In this document: positions 45,516 to 57,150 of the stretch, in pieces
Position numbering within the stretch: position 1 is the stretch's first letter
Layout of the letters: the number at the start of each line of letters is the position of its first letter
Source: Squalus acanthias
Lineage: Eukaryota
Length of the DNA: 64,000 nt
Direction of reading: 5' to 3'
Assembly: GCA_030390025.1 (NCBI GenBank)
Contig: CM059428.1
Span: 34,658,001 to 34,722,000, forward strand
Program-made: the position numbers and the translations under genes
The notes under the pieces: generated by a model
What the model saw: the letters and a program-made list of their open reading frames with translations, nothing else
What the model was told of the DNA's origin: nothing
The model's database searches: none

Positions 45516-46516
45516 TTCCACCTGCCACATGTCTGCCCACCCCACCAGCCTGTCGATGTCCTCTTGAAGTTTATCACTATCCTCCTCACTGTTCACTATA
45601 CTTCCAAGTTTTATGTCATCTGCAGATTTTGAAATTGTGCCCTGTACACCCAAGTCTAAGTCATTAACATATATCAAGAAAAGCAGTGGTCCTAGCACCG
45701 ACCCCTGGGGAACCCCACTCCTCCAGTCCGATAAACAACCGTTCACCAAATAAATTTGAAAGATTGAGTAGAATTTAAGGCAGAGTAGTGTGAAGTGATT
45801 CATTTTGGTAGGAAGAACAAGGAGAGGCAATATAAACTAAATGGTACAATTTTAAAAGGGAGTGCAGGAACAGAGCGAACCGGGGGTGCATGTACACAAG
45901 TCTTTGAAGATGGCAGGACAAGTTGAGAAGGCTGTTAAAAAGGTATACGAGATCCTTGGCTTTATAAATAGAGGCAGAGAGTACAAAATCAAGGAAGTTA
46001 TCCTAAACCTTTATAAAATACTGGTTAGGCCCCAGATGGAGTATTATGGCCAAATCTGGGCACCACACTTGAAGGATATCAAGGGCTTGAAGAAGGCGCA
46101 GAGGAGATTCACTTGAACGGCACCAGGGATGAAAGACTTCAGTTACATGGAGAGACTAGAGAAACTGGGGTTGTTCTCCTTAGAGCAGAGAAGGCCAAGG
46201 GGAGATTTGCTAGAGGTGTTCAAAATTATTAAGGGTTTTGATAGAGTAAATAAGGAGAAACTATTACCAGTGGCAGAAGGGTCGGTTAACCAGAGGACAC
46301 AGATTTAAGGTGATTGGCAAAAGAACCAGAGGCAACATGAGGAAAAAATTATTTACGCAGCAGGTTATGATCTGGAATGCACTGCCTGAAAGGGTGGTGG
46401 AAGCAGATTCAATATTAACTTTCAAAAGGAAATTGGATAAATACTTGAAGGGGAAAAAACTGCACGACTATGGGGAAAAAGCAAGGGAGTGGGACTACTT
46501 GGACAGCTCTTTCAAA
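45516..46516. mobile_element. CR1 insertion with inverted 5' segment (45516-45748 minus; 45771-46516 plus)
   Basis: The two segments are consecutive in the collinear copy at 21719-22700. Confidence 0.8.
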
Positions 46517-46934
46517 GATTGCGAACCTATAGTGTTTTATGCTAAATGTTATTATTCAACCAAATATCAGCTCACTTTCCCTGGAGAGTGTTAAAAGCAA
46601 TCAGCAACTACAAGAGGTTAAACAGGCCGTTGAAATCAGATGTCTCACAACTTAACAGACACAGACAGCATTGTCCTCTACACGGATTGGAGTTTAACCT
46701 CACATAATGGATTTTTCTATCTTACACAAATAATTGGAAGGTTCACTGAAGGGCTGTATCCCAGCTGCATACTCTACTCTAAAAACCTTATACATATAGA
46801 AATATCAAGTCCAATCATCTCTCTAAGTACTTCCTCGAATAGACCCACAGGTCCAGACATGTAAACTGTACAAGACACCCCCTTTGATATTACTGAATTG
46901 CTTCAAGTCAATAATTGTGCTGCCTTTTATTGTG

Positions 46935-47222
46935 GCCCCAAACATTACCCCCCACCCCCACGTCTGATACCGGGGCACTGAACCTTCCCCCCCTCCCCTC
47001 CAATACCGGGGAACCCCCGAACCTTCTCTGATCCCCCCCAGCACCGATACCGTGGGGGCCCCAAATCTTCCAACCCCCTCCCCAACCGGATACTGGGGCC
47101 CTGAAACTACCCCCCCCCCCCAACCCCCTCTGATATGGGGGGGTTCTCGAACCTCCTCCCGCCCCATCCCCGATACTGGGGGGCCCTGAGCCCACCCCCA
47201 CGATACCCAGGGGGGGAGGCCC
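46935..47222 (+). repeat. C-rich degenerate minisatellite (about 7 units, core CGATAC(T/C)GGGG..CC..GAACC plus C runs)
   Basis: Recurrent GATAC-G4 core about every 35-45 bp. Confidence 0.8.
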
Positions 47223-47869
47223 AAGCCTGCGGTGAAGAATTGACCAAGGGGAGCGGAGCAGTAAATTCGGCGTTGCCCCAAAGTTAACTTCAACAGATCA
47301 GGGCACGCCAAGATCTCATGCAGTTCTACTTACTGCAAAGCAGTCACTGCTCATCTGGCCGGGACAGCATCAGATCGTTTATATCGCCGGCTTGTCACCA
47401 ACGGTAGCCTCGCTGTTAGCAGCAACTCTACTATAAAGAGGGAAAGAAGCATCTGGTGTGCCGTATATTTTTAAGGAGTGTAATTCACCTCTCTGCTACT
47501 TTTAGCAAAAGAAAAACATTATTCAAGATTGAACTATGTCTAGCTACAGGATATCACGAACTGTGGTGAAAATAATATAATCCCATGTAATAGATAATTT
47601 GCCTTTTATCAGTTTGTGCATTTTCATAATTTATCATGGAAGTACTAGAATGTGGCCTATTGAGTCACCAATGGGCCTAAATATAAACTGGTGCAATGCA
47701 ATCCACAAACCGCTGGTAAAAATGCCAGAATGCCATGTCATGAAAGTGGAAATTGACTGATTCAGCCATTATGTAACATAAGATCCTGATAGCTCTGACA
47801 GTCATCTTGATAATTCCTTTAATTTGGATGAATAAAGCACTCGGCAAGAACAAAAGAATTAATCCATTT

Positions 47870-48135
47870 TTAAGCTCATCATGTCCTCAGGACATGCTGA
47901 AGCACAGATAGAAATATAGGTAAACATGGCAGCCAATTTGTATGAGCATCGTCCCATAAAAATGCAAATGAATTCATGATCAGATAATCTGCAGAACACT
48001 GGGAAAATTCTTCTGACATTCTTTAAGAAGCGCCATGGCATCTTTTACATCCACTTCAACAGGTAGACGTGGCCTCAGTTAAGCCTCATCAGTAACACAA
48101 TGAAATGTCAGCCTAGATTATGTGCTTAAGTTTGT
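47870..48135 (-). mobile_element. Degenerate Deu-SINE
   Basis: GGCAGCCAATTTG...GCCATGGCATCTTTTACATCCAC...GTCAGCCTAGATTATGTGCT. Confidence 0.65.
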
Positions 48136-49595
48136 AGTGGGGAGCATAACTGGACAAAACCCGTGTACATTGCAGCATTCAGCCACAAAATTTAGGATAA
48201 TGTAATAGCTAAACAAACTTGTATTTTTCCTCCTTCCCTCTAACTGATGTCCAGGATTATAGTTATAGCTGTGCTAGAACTCTTTTTGTACATGGTATCA
48301 GTATAGTGCATATAGCATGGTGACTGAACTCAAAACGCTTGCTAAAATCTGATTTTTTTTTTTTAAATTGAGCACAGTCAGGAAATCTAATTCCAGTGAC
48401 TTACCGATACTTGTTCTATTTTAGGCCAAGGCAACACTGAACATAAAATACCTTTTTTTGTCCTTCTTGCCAATTTTCTTCCCTATTCAAAATTGGTTCA
48501 CTGGCTCCAGTGCCTTGCCCAAGGTGCATTAGTGTCACCTGGCTACCAAATCAATGGGGGGGGGAGGGGGGCAAGGAAATCAGTCAACCCCATTCCTATC
48601 CTCACCCAATCTGCACAAACAAACACTAGTGCAGAACAAATCTGAGTTGTGAAAAGGCAGCCCATTTAGTTCTTCTGTCTCAAGAAAAAAACCCTACAAC
48701 CCTCTCCATCACAGCATCCAACTGTTTTTTGAACAATTCCAGAGTTTTTGCTTCCAATATCCTATCAGGAAATCCAATTCAGGTGTTATCACTGTGCTTG
48801 TGAAGACCTTTGTGACATCAGTTTGAAATTTGCCTTTTACCAGTTTGTGCATTTTCATAATTTATCAGGGAAGTACTTTGCATTTCTAGCTTTCTGACTT
48901 TGACACTTCATTCTAAAAATATTTCACAGCACTTAGTCCACGCTGCCTTAGTACAACCTGTGTGTATAACAACAGATTCTCTCCCTGGTGTCCTTGCTTT
49001 AAAACATATTTAGATTTTAGTGCGAGTGAAATAGAGAGACAAAGGTTAAGACCAGTGAGTTGTAAATGACTAAATACAGGATTTTTAAAGTAACGTTTGG
49101 AGTAATCCTGGCGTCATTATGCAAACAAGAGCCTGCACATACATCTCTGTCCAAAGGTCACAATAATTTCTGTCGCAACTTAAAACCACAAAGTTAATCT
49201 GTACTCAAGTTCAAGGACAGTAATGCTAGGAGAAATGAAAGACATTTCCTCTTCTAGCACCCAGCGTCACTAACCTCAAGTCAGAATCTTCTGCTGTATT
49301 CCATTCCAGCTCTCTCTGGCACTCCGAATCTCTTCTAATTCTCTTGCACTCAGCTAATGCTGCTACCTCCTTTCTCCCTAGAAGCTTTACAAATCTTGCC
49401 TTCCCCCTCTCAGTCTCCCTTTTCATCCCTCTGTTCATCCATTTTAATTTACATTGCCCTAGTGGAATTAGGAATAACGTGTCCTGCATTCCCAAATAAA
49501 TCTTTTTGAAGAATGTCCATTTATTCACGACAGATCTATCCTTTAGTGGTAATCTCTGATCTGTTACCAAGGTACCCTGAAGTTCATCTGCCATG

Positions 49596-50418
49596 TTGGG
49601 CAGACACGTGGCAGATGAAATTTAACGCAGAAAAGTGTGAAGTGATGCATTTTGGTAGAAAGAATGAGGACGACAAATAAACTAAAGGGTACAGTCCTAA
49701 AAGGAGTGCACAAACAGAGAGACCTAGGGGTATGTGTGCATAAATCGTTGAAGGTGGCAGGGCAGGTTGAGAAAGCAGTTAAAAAGGCTTACCGGATCCT
49801 GGGCTTCATAAATAGAGGTATAGAGTACAAAAGTGTGGAAATTATGATGAACCTGTATAAAATACTGGTTCGGCCCCAACTGGAGTACGGTGTCCAATTC
49901 TGGGCACCACAGGTTAAGAAGGATGTGAAGGCCTTAGAGAGGGTGCAGAAAAGATTTACGAGATTGATTCCAGGAATGAGGGACTTCAGTTACGTTGATA
50001 GACTGGAGAAGCTGGGGTTGTTCTCCTTAGAGCAAAGAAGATTAAGAGGAGATTTGATAGAGGTGTTCAAAATCATGAGGGGTCTGGACAGGGCAGGTAG
50101 AGAGAAACTGTTCCCATTGGCAGAAGGGTCGAGAACCAGAGGATACATATTTAAGGTGATTGGCAAAAGAACCAAAGGCGACGTAAGAAAAAACTTTTTT
50201 ACACAGCAAGAGGTTAAGATCTGGAATGCACTGCCTGAAAGGTTGGTGGAGGCAGACTCAATTTTATCTTTCAAAAGGGAGTTGGATAAGTATCTGAAGG
50301 AAAAAAAATTGCAGGGCTACGGGGAAAGGGCAGGGGAGTGGGACTAGCAGCGAGTTGGCAGCACGGGCTCGACGGGCCGAATGGCCTTCTTCTGTGCTGT
50401 AACCATTCTATGATTCTA
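49596..50418 (+). mobile_element. CR1 LINE 3' 0.8 kb
   Basis: ORF 49652-50347 is the RT C-terminus (RPQLEYGVQFWAP); tail ATTCTATGATTCT. Confidence 0.93.
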
Positions 50419-50607
50419 AGTTTGTCCATCTAAAAAGGTGTATATTAGAGTTTAGTTACACAAGTCCATGGTTTCCCCAGGTCAGATTTATATTATCTCA
50501 TCATGGTCACCATCACTTAGCAGTTCAAATACTTCCATTCCCTGAACATTGTGTGGGTCACTCACAAAAACCAGGAGCGCTGTCCCTTGTGAGCTCCTAA
50601 ACACAAT

Positions 50608-51284
50608 GGCTCAGAATTTGCTGGAGCGGGGCATCTCACGGCGTACACCATGAATTGGATTTTTTTTCCTCACCCTTCTAATTATTTTTGCGTCGCAAAT
50701 TTTTGAAAGTGCGAATTGATAACGGCGCAATCAGGTCAATGGGGCATTTGGGACCTTGGTGAACAACAGGACCAATAGTCTATCTCCTTAACCAATTAAA
50801 TTTAAGGATAGAGAAACAGCGTGGAACGACAGAGAAGGAAATAGGGTGAACTAGAGTCAAATTAGATACAAAGAGAGAAATAAAGTGAGGGAAAGAAAGA
50901 TTGGATTAAGTGAGAGGGAAAAAAAGAAAGGAAAAAGTAAGAAAAATTTAAAATTTAAAAAACATCTAGGGACAATTTACTACCTGCAGGAGTGAATTCC
51001 ACAGTTTCAATTGTTTCCTTTCTGGCCTCCAAGGTTGAGTGGCATTGCAGGACCATAAATCACTCCATTACACCATGGAATTGCAGCCCTAATTTTCTGT
51101 GACGAGCTTAATACACGTTTACGTAGCTAATCTAACAATTTCTTGACACTCATTGGGAGGTTGACAGCTAATGACAAATCATCCAGCAATTTGTGGCAAT
51201 TCACAACTCACTCCGTATCTCTTCCTCGCCACAAATTGCTGGATCTTTTACACACTAATAACATTGCCCAGAAAATTCTAGGCC
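50608..51284. mobile_element. Harbinger-like MITE, 677 bp
   Basis: TIR GGCTCAGAATTTGCTGG / CCAGAAAATTCTAGGCC (14/17); flanks AAT and ATT; purine/AT-rich core. Confidence 0.7.
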
Positions 51285-51654
51285 ATTGTGTCAAGAAGCA
51301 TTGATACGCTCAGAGACCTTCCCACTTTGTGTTGGACTAGGTGCAGCCTATCAATGCTATTTTCCCTTTCTTGAGAAGATGACATGGCTCCCTTATTTTC
51401 ATCTGGCAATCTGCAGCAAACTCCAAATATCGTATTGGACTTCATCTCATTACACATATATAGCCAAAGAATTCCAGACATTTGCTACTAATATGAACCA
51501 TATAAAACATTGCTGTTGCTTTTATCAGCTACTTGTGTCTTTAGACTGGTTCCTCCCAAATCACTGAAGATTGAGAGAAGGGGTTGACAGAGGGACAAAC
51601 AGTTAAGTCCTATGCATAAAATCTTAACTATATCTGAAACCCCATCCACTAACG

Positions 51655-52435
51655 CCTCAAATTTTAAAATTCTCATCCTTGAGGTCAAATCCCTCCATGG
51701 CCTTGCCCCTCCCTATCTCTGTAACCTCCTCAAGCCCTCCAAGAACTCTACGTTCCTCCAACTTATTGAAACATATACGATTCTGAGGGGGCTTGACAGG
51801 GTAGATGCAGGGAGGATGTTTCAACTCGTGGGGGAATCTAGAACTAGGGGGCATAGTTTCAGGATAAGGGGTCACCCATTTAAAACAGAGATGAGGAATT
51901 TCTTCTCTCAGAGGGTCGTGAATCTTTGGAATTCTCTACCCCAGAGAGCTGTGGAGGCGGAGTCATTGAATATATTCAAAGCGGAGATAGACATATATTT
52001 GAGCTACAGGGGAGTCAAGGGTTATGGGGAGTGGGCTGGAAAGTGTTGAGGCCAAGGTCAGATCAGCCATGATCTTACTGAATGGCGGGGCAGGCTCAAG
52101 AGGCCAAATGGCCTACTCCTGCTTCTATTTCTTATGTTCTTATGCTCTTATGTTCTTAAATCTGGCCTCCTGCGCAACCCCCACTCCTTTGTCCCACTAT
52201 TGACAGCTGTGCCTTCAGCCATCTAGGCTCAAAACTCTGGAATTCCCTTCCTAAACCTCTCTGCCTCTCTTGCCCCTTTTAAGACCCTCCTTAAAACCGC
52301 TCTCTTTGACCTAGTTTTTAATCACCTGTCCTAATGTCTTTGGCTTGGTCTCAATTTTTGTCTGATTACGCTCCTGTGATGCATCTTGGAATGTTTTACT
52401 ATGCTAAAAGCGCTACATAAATGCAAGTTGTTGTT
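51655..52435 (+). mobile_element. L2 3' end interrupted by a CR1 3' fragment (51762-52157)
   Basis: FKILIL..KSLHGLAPPYLCNLL (L2), then LIETYTILRG...GEWAGK (CR1) with a TTCTTATG tail, then the L2 tail. Confidence 0.87.
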
Positions 52436-52569
52436 AAAATGTTTAAAAAAACACCAAGAAAAGTTATACTTATTGACAACTCCCTTGGCCTCATGTCCAT
52501 TTTCTTTCTCCTGAAGGTTCCGAATCATGTTGTGGTAGGATTACACAAGGGCCAGCAGCCCTCCTATTC

Positions 52570-52920
52570 CTTAACCAAGTGTTCCTCACTTTATTTATAC
52601 ATGAGCCTAGACAGGGGGTTGCAACAGGCTATTTGAGTGTGGGTGTTGGTTTGGAGGCATTACAACTGAGCCTAATCCTACTCTCTCCAGACATACATAC
52701 ACGTATATAGACACACACACACATTTTTCAGCAGGAGTAATTCGTTAGCGATGAGGAGTCAGAACCTTGACAGAGATTTCCCCTCCCTTGCCCAAGGAGC
52801 ACTCCCACCACTGCGGCTGTCCTGGCTAACACCAGCTAAATCAGCGCAGAGCAGAGATCAGATCAGGGATCTTCCGGCGCTGTGCAACGTAGTCTCTACA
52901 ACATATGGTGCATTGATCCA
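52570..52920 (-). mobile_element. AmnSINE2-like SINE, degenerate
   Basis: ATGAGCCTAGACAG...GGCTATTTGA...CTGAGCCTAATCCT...CAGCTAAATCAGCGCAGA. Confidence 0.55.
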
Positions 52921-55037
52921 ATAAGCCCTCAGGATAACTCGTTATAGGTCTATTTTAATGAGGAATGTATTAAATATTGAAAGAGTTTAAAAGTATATAA
53001 ATGTACACTGATTAGGATAATTGAATGAGTTACACTGTCAATATATTGCTTTAAAAACTGTCAGCTGCATAGCATACACAGAATAAAAGCAGCATCAAAA
53101 TGCTAATCAGATCCTGTTAGAAGAAGAATTCAGAAGGTTAAATAATTAACTGCAAACAGGATTCTTCCTTTCCCTTCTTTGGATTCCTGCATCAAGAAAC
53201 CTGCAAGTCCCTGACAGTTTTATATGTATAGCTGACAGTTGATTTGTTCAAGAACTTTAAATGCACCTATAATCAATGACAAGTTGATGCAAGTGAATTA
53301 GTGAAATATTAACTGGTAAGCAGATGGATAGTATTGGGGATACCATACATCAGACTGCAGGACAAGGTCATATCAAGGTGCTGGGAGCCTGGGTGCACCT
53401 GTGCACTTTGCGTATTGCAATAGAATATCCGCATTACAGCCAAAAACCTTGCACTTTGTAACAGAGCCACACAGTAAATGTCCGATAACACGGCACAAAA
53501 TGCAACGCTGATAAGGCCGAGGTCCATTAGCTTTAAATCAGGTCACTGAAGTTTACTGGGTATATTTGTAGATACGAAAAGATTTTAATCAGGTTTGCTT
53601 TTGCAGAGCAGCTGGGAATGGCTTGTGTCCTAGGCCACTGAAACAGTCTCATCATTTCTTCTTCAGTTGTCTGAAGGCAAGTGTCTGCTTCAATGTCGAG
53701 CTACTTCAAGGGGACATGCATTCAAGCTGGCCTTTTCAGGCAATTGCTTCCGCCCCACTCATTACAAATAGGATGATGATGATCCCTGTACACTACAGCT
53801 GGGAAGCTAAACTGGTTTGAAATCAACAACTGCATCAATTTAAAGGAACAATCTAAACTGAAAGCAGTACTGTGTGTACTTCTTTCAAACATTGCACTAA
53901 AGCCCATCACCATCAGCTCTGGGAACATAAAAGCTAGCTCAGAAATAAAATTATCCGAGTTTAGGTGGTGCAAAAAGTCCAGTGCTAGGTTTCTGCTCTT
54001 TCCCGGGAATATATGCAAACATGCTTCATTGACAAAATTCAATTCCAGGCCAAAGAAATAATTTGAGCTCCCAATGCAAAGAGAGCATTAGAAGGAAGTG
54101 TTCAAACCCCTGTACACTGAATTTCAGTTTCTCAAGTTAGGGAATCTATAGCCCAGAGGCATGAAAGTAGTGCACTCTGCATCATGCCTAGGATCCCATG
54201 CAACAATTTCTGAATGCCAACATTTGTTTACTCGCAATTAAATATAAAACCCAAACTGCATTTAATTTGTGCCGCGTAAGGTTTACATGTGTGCAAATAG
54301 ACTGAAGTACTGCTTAAGCAGTTAGCCAAAGTGCCATTGAAATGTACATTACACACTGAATATAGTGAAGTACAAAATTGTCAATAAACTTATAGCAATA
54401 TCATGATACTCAAATCTTCAGTCTTATTGTCATCAGCAAATCATAGTGAACACAAAAATAAAACATATTCTGTTTTATTTTTATAAAAGTATGTAATAAT
54501 AGACATTACCTGTTAGAGGTAATGGCCTTTCCTGATCTGGCTTTCTGTAGCCCCAGCCCAGCGCTACTGCTGCTCTCATGGCCAGAGCTGACCAAGTGTT
54601 GGCTCTATTGGCTGTAAAGTACTTTGGGGCGTCCTGAGATTGTGAAAGGTGCTATATAAAAGCAAGTCTTTCTTTTTTTTAATCTTTCTATAAGTTGTGT
54701 TCTACACCAGAGAAGGAGGGTATAGTTACCACAATGGCTGCCACCACATCATCTCCAAGATGGTCAGATTTAGTCAACATGCATGTACCCCCAACCTGGA
54801 AGATCCAGCCACAGGAGCATGCCCCCTCTCCCCAAGGCAGGCAGAAACAGTTCTGTGTAGGGTCGAAAGAGGGCTTTGGCGACCTTGTCAAGTCACGAGA
54901 CCTCCCATTCCCAAGAAAACTAGATAATCAGCTGTAAAAATGGAGTCATGCCAAGGACGTCAGGAAAACACATGCAGAACTTCCCAACCTCCTCCGATTT
55001 ACTGCCGACCACTAACTATGGTGATTTTCAGACAATA

Positions 55038-55461
55038 CAGGAAACTTTCGTTTATCCGGCACCCAAATATCCGGAATTCTCGCTTAACCGGCAAAAATCA
55101 TCCTCCGAAAACTCCTCTCAAATACCCGGCAATGTTGCCGAGTCGCAGTCGAGTCTCCGCGAACGCCGAGTACTCCGAAAACTCCTCTCAAATAACCGGC
55201 AATGTTGCCGATCCCGAGTCTGAGTCCGAGTCCGAGAACGCCGATTTAGTCAGTAGGGGTACTTTTCAAAAGTGCCACTACTCGGCCTCCTGGCGCTGTC
55301 GGAAGTCCGAAACACTGCAGTAGCAGGAGTTGATTCTCCCGCGCTGCCTGGAGTCTCTTGTTAAAAATAGCCTCGGTAGATATAACTCTCCGTTATCCGG
55401 TACTTTCGATAAACCGGCACCACGCCGGTCCCGTCGATGCCGGATTAACGAAAGTTTCCTG
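55038..55461. mobile_element. Tc1/mariner (pogo/Tigger-like) MITE, 424 bp
   Basis: TIR CAGGAAACTTTCGTT / AACGAAAGTTTCCTG with TA on both sides; internal direct duplication of about 37 bp. Confidence 0.9.
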
Positions 55462-55488
55462 TATATACCCGTTATATACCCAGGGTTC

Positions 55489-56180
55489 AACAACAACAAC
55501 TTGAATTTATATAGCGCTTTTAACATAGGGCAGATGAGAGGTAGGTTTTAAGGAGCACCTTAAAGGAGGAACGAGAGTAGAGAGGCGGAGAGGTTTAGAG
55601 AGGGAATTCCAAAGCTTAGGGCCTCGGCAGCTGAAAGCACAGCCACCAATGGTGGAGTGATTGAAATCAGGGTTGCTCAAGAGGCCAGAATTAGAGGAGC
55701 GCAGATATCTCGGAGGTTTGTGGGGCTGGAGGAGATTACAGAGATAGGGAGGGGCGAGGCCATGGAGGGATTTGAAAACAAGAATTAGAATTTTGAAATC
55801 GTGGCATTGCTCAACTGGGAGCCAATGTAGGTCAGCGAGCCCAGGGGTGATGGGTGAATGGGACTTGGTGCAAGCTAGGACATGGGCTGTAGAGTTTTAA
55901 ATGACCTCAAGTTTATGGAGAGTAGAATGTGGGAAGCTGGCCAGGAGTGCATTGGAATAGTCAAGTCTAGAGGTAACAAAGGCGTGGATGATGGTTTCAG
56001 CAGCGGATGAGCTGAGGCAGGGATGGAGTCGGGCGATGTTCCGGAGGTGAAAATAGGCAGTCATAGTGATCGCTCATCTCAGGGTCAAATACAACACCAA
56101 GGTTTCAAATAGTCTGGTTCAGCCTCAGACTGTTTCCAGGGAGGATGGAGTCAGTGGCTAGGGAACAGAGTTTATGGCGG
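55489..56180 (-). mobile_element. L2 LINE 3' fragment
   Basis: (CAA)n tail, then the reverse complement of the L2 3' UTR and RT C-terminus (LHWLP, FKILIL). Confidence 0.87.
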
Positions 56181-56393
56181 GAACTTGCGGCAGTTCAGCT
56201 GGTAAACACAAACCACTTCAGCTTCACTCTCATTATCTGTGACATTAACTGAACTGGCAGAAGAGTTAATGGTTGTCCACAAAAGACCAGTCATCCACTA
56301 TCTGTCAGACACATTTATTGACCCATTCTTTAAGGTTTTACAAACGTTTGAAGGCAACAGGTTTTTTTTTAAAAAAAATTTATAAATCTTTAC

Positions 56394-56445
56394 CTTTTCC
56401 AGAGCTTCCCGATCAATAATTTCTTGCACAGCCAACAACTTGATG
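56394..56445 (-). CDS. EEPD1: EEPD1 internal coding exon (52 nt; equivalent to human exon 3)
   Basis: Acceptor tttccAG, donor AAG|GTAAAG. Encodes IKLLAVQEIIDREALEK with the EEP 'QE' metal-binding motif. Frame joins the next exon. Confidence 0.93.
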
Positions 56446-56944
56446 CTGGAAAACAGGAAAGGCAATACCTCAGTAAATGAATTTCGCTCATCTAGCACAA
56501 CACTTGCACACTCAAGACATTTATTCATGCATTTTTGAGGTTTCAAAGGTTCATCAAGTCATCCCACATGAAATCTTTGGAAAAGAAGAAATACTTCCCA
56601 CAGGAACTTCCAGGCTGTTTGCTTACTGTTTTTTTTGGATAAAGTCACAATTGTACACCTTCATTGGGAAAGTTTCAACAAACAGTAGACCAAAAGCATC
56701 GCCATTAACTTTGCCCAATTGAAAGTACAACCTTAATTTTGCCCTTGGTGAAATTGTCATAGGTAGCAAGCTATATCTAACGTCTATTTTAACAGAGGAT
56801 TACAGAAGACCTGGGAAATTAAAAAAAAGTGAAGATAGATAGAATTAGGAGAATGACACAAAATCTCATCCTTTGCAAAATCATGCTAACTGTGGTTACA
56901 CCACAGTATATTCCAACATGGCACAAGAGTGTTTAAAAATTGAA

Positions 56945-57150
56945 AATGAGCTCTCCCACATCCTGTTCTCCTCCAACATCCACACTTCCAGCAGAGGTTT
57001 CTGGATAACAAATCAGAAATGAGTACCCTGGCTAATTTTCCCCCAACCCAGAATGCTGAGGCCAGTGATAACACCGCTGCCCCAGTCGAGATCAGTACAG
57101 ACTGGGGATTGAACCAGAGACTTTTCTCATCCACGAGTCTCAGCTACACA
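56945..57150 (-). mobile_element. AmnSINE2-like SINE fragment
   Basis: ATCCTGTTCTC...ACTTCCAGCAG...TGAGGCCAGTG...GAGATCAG...GGGATTGAACCAG. Confidence 0.55.

Noticed and set aside
51612-52049. 145-aa ORF
   Set aside because: L2/CR1 junction chimera.
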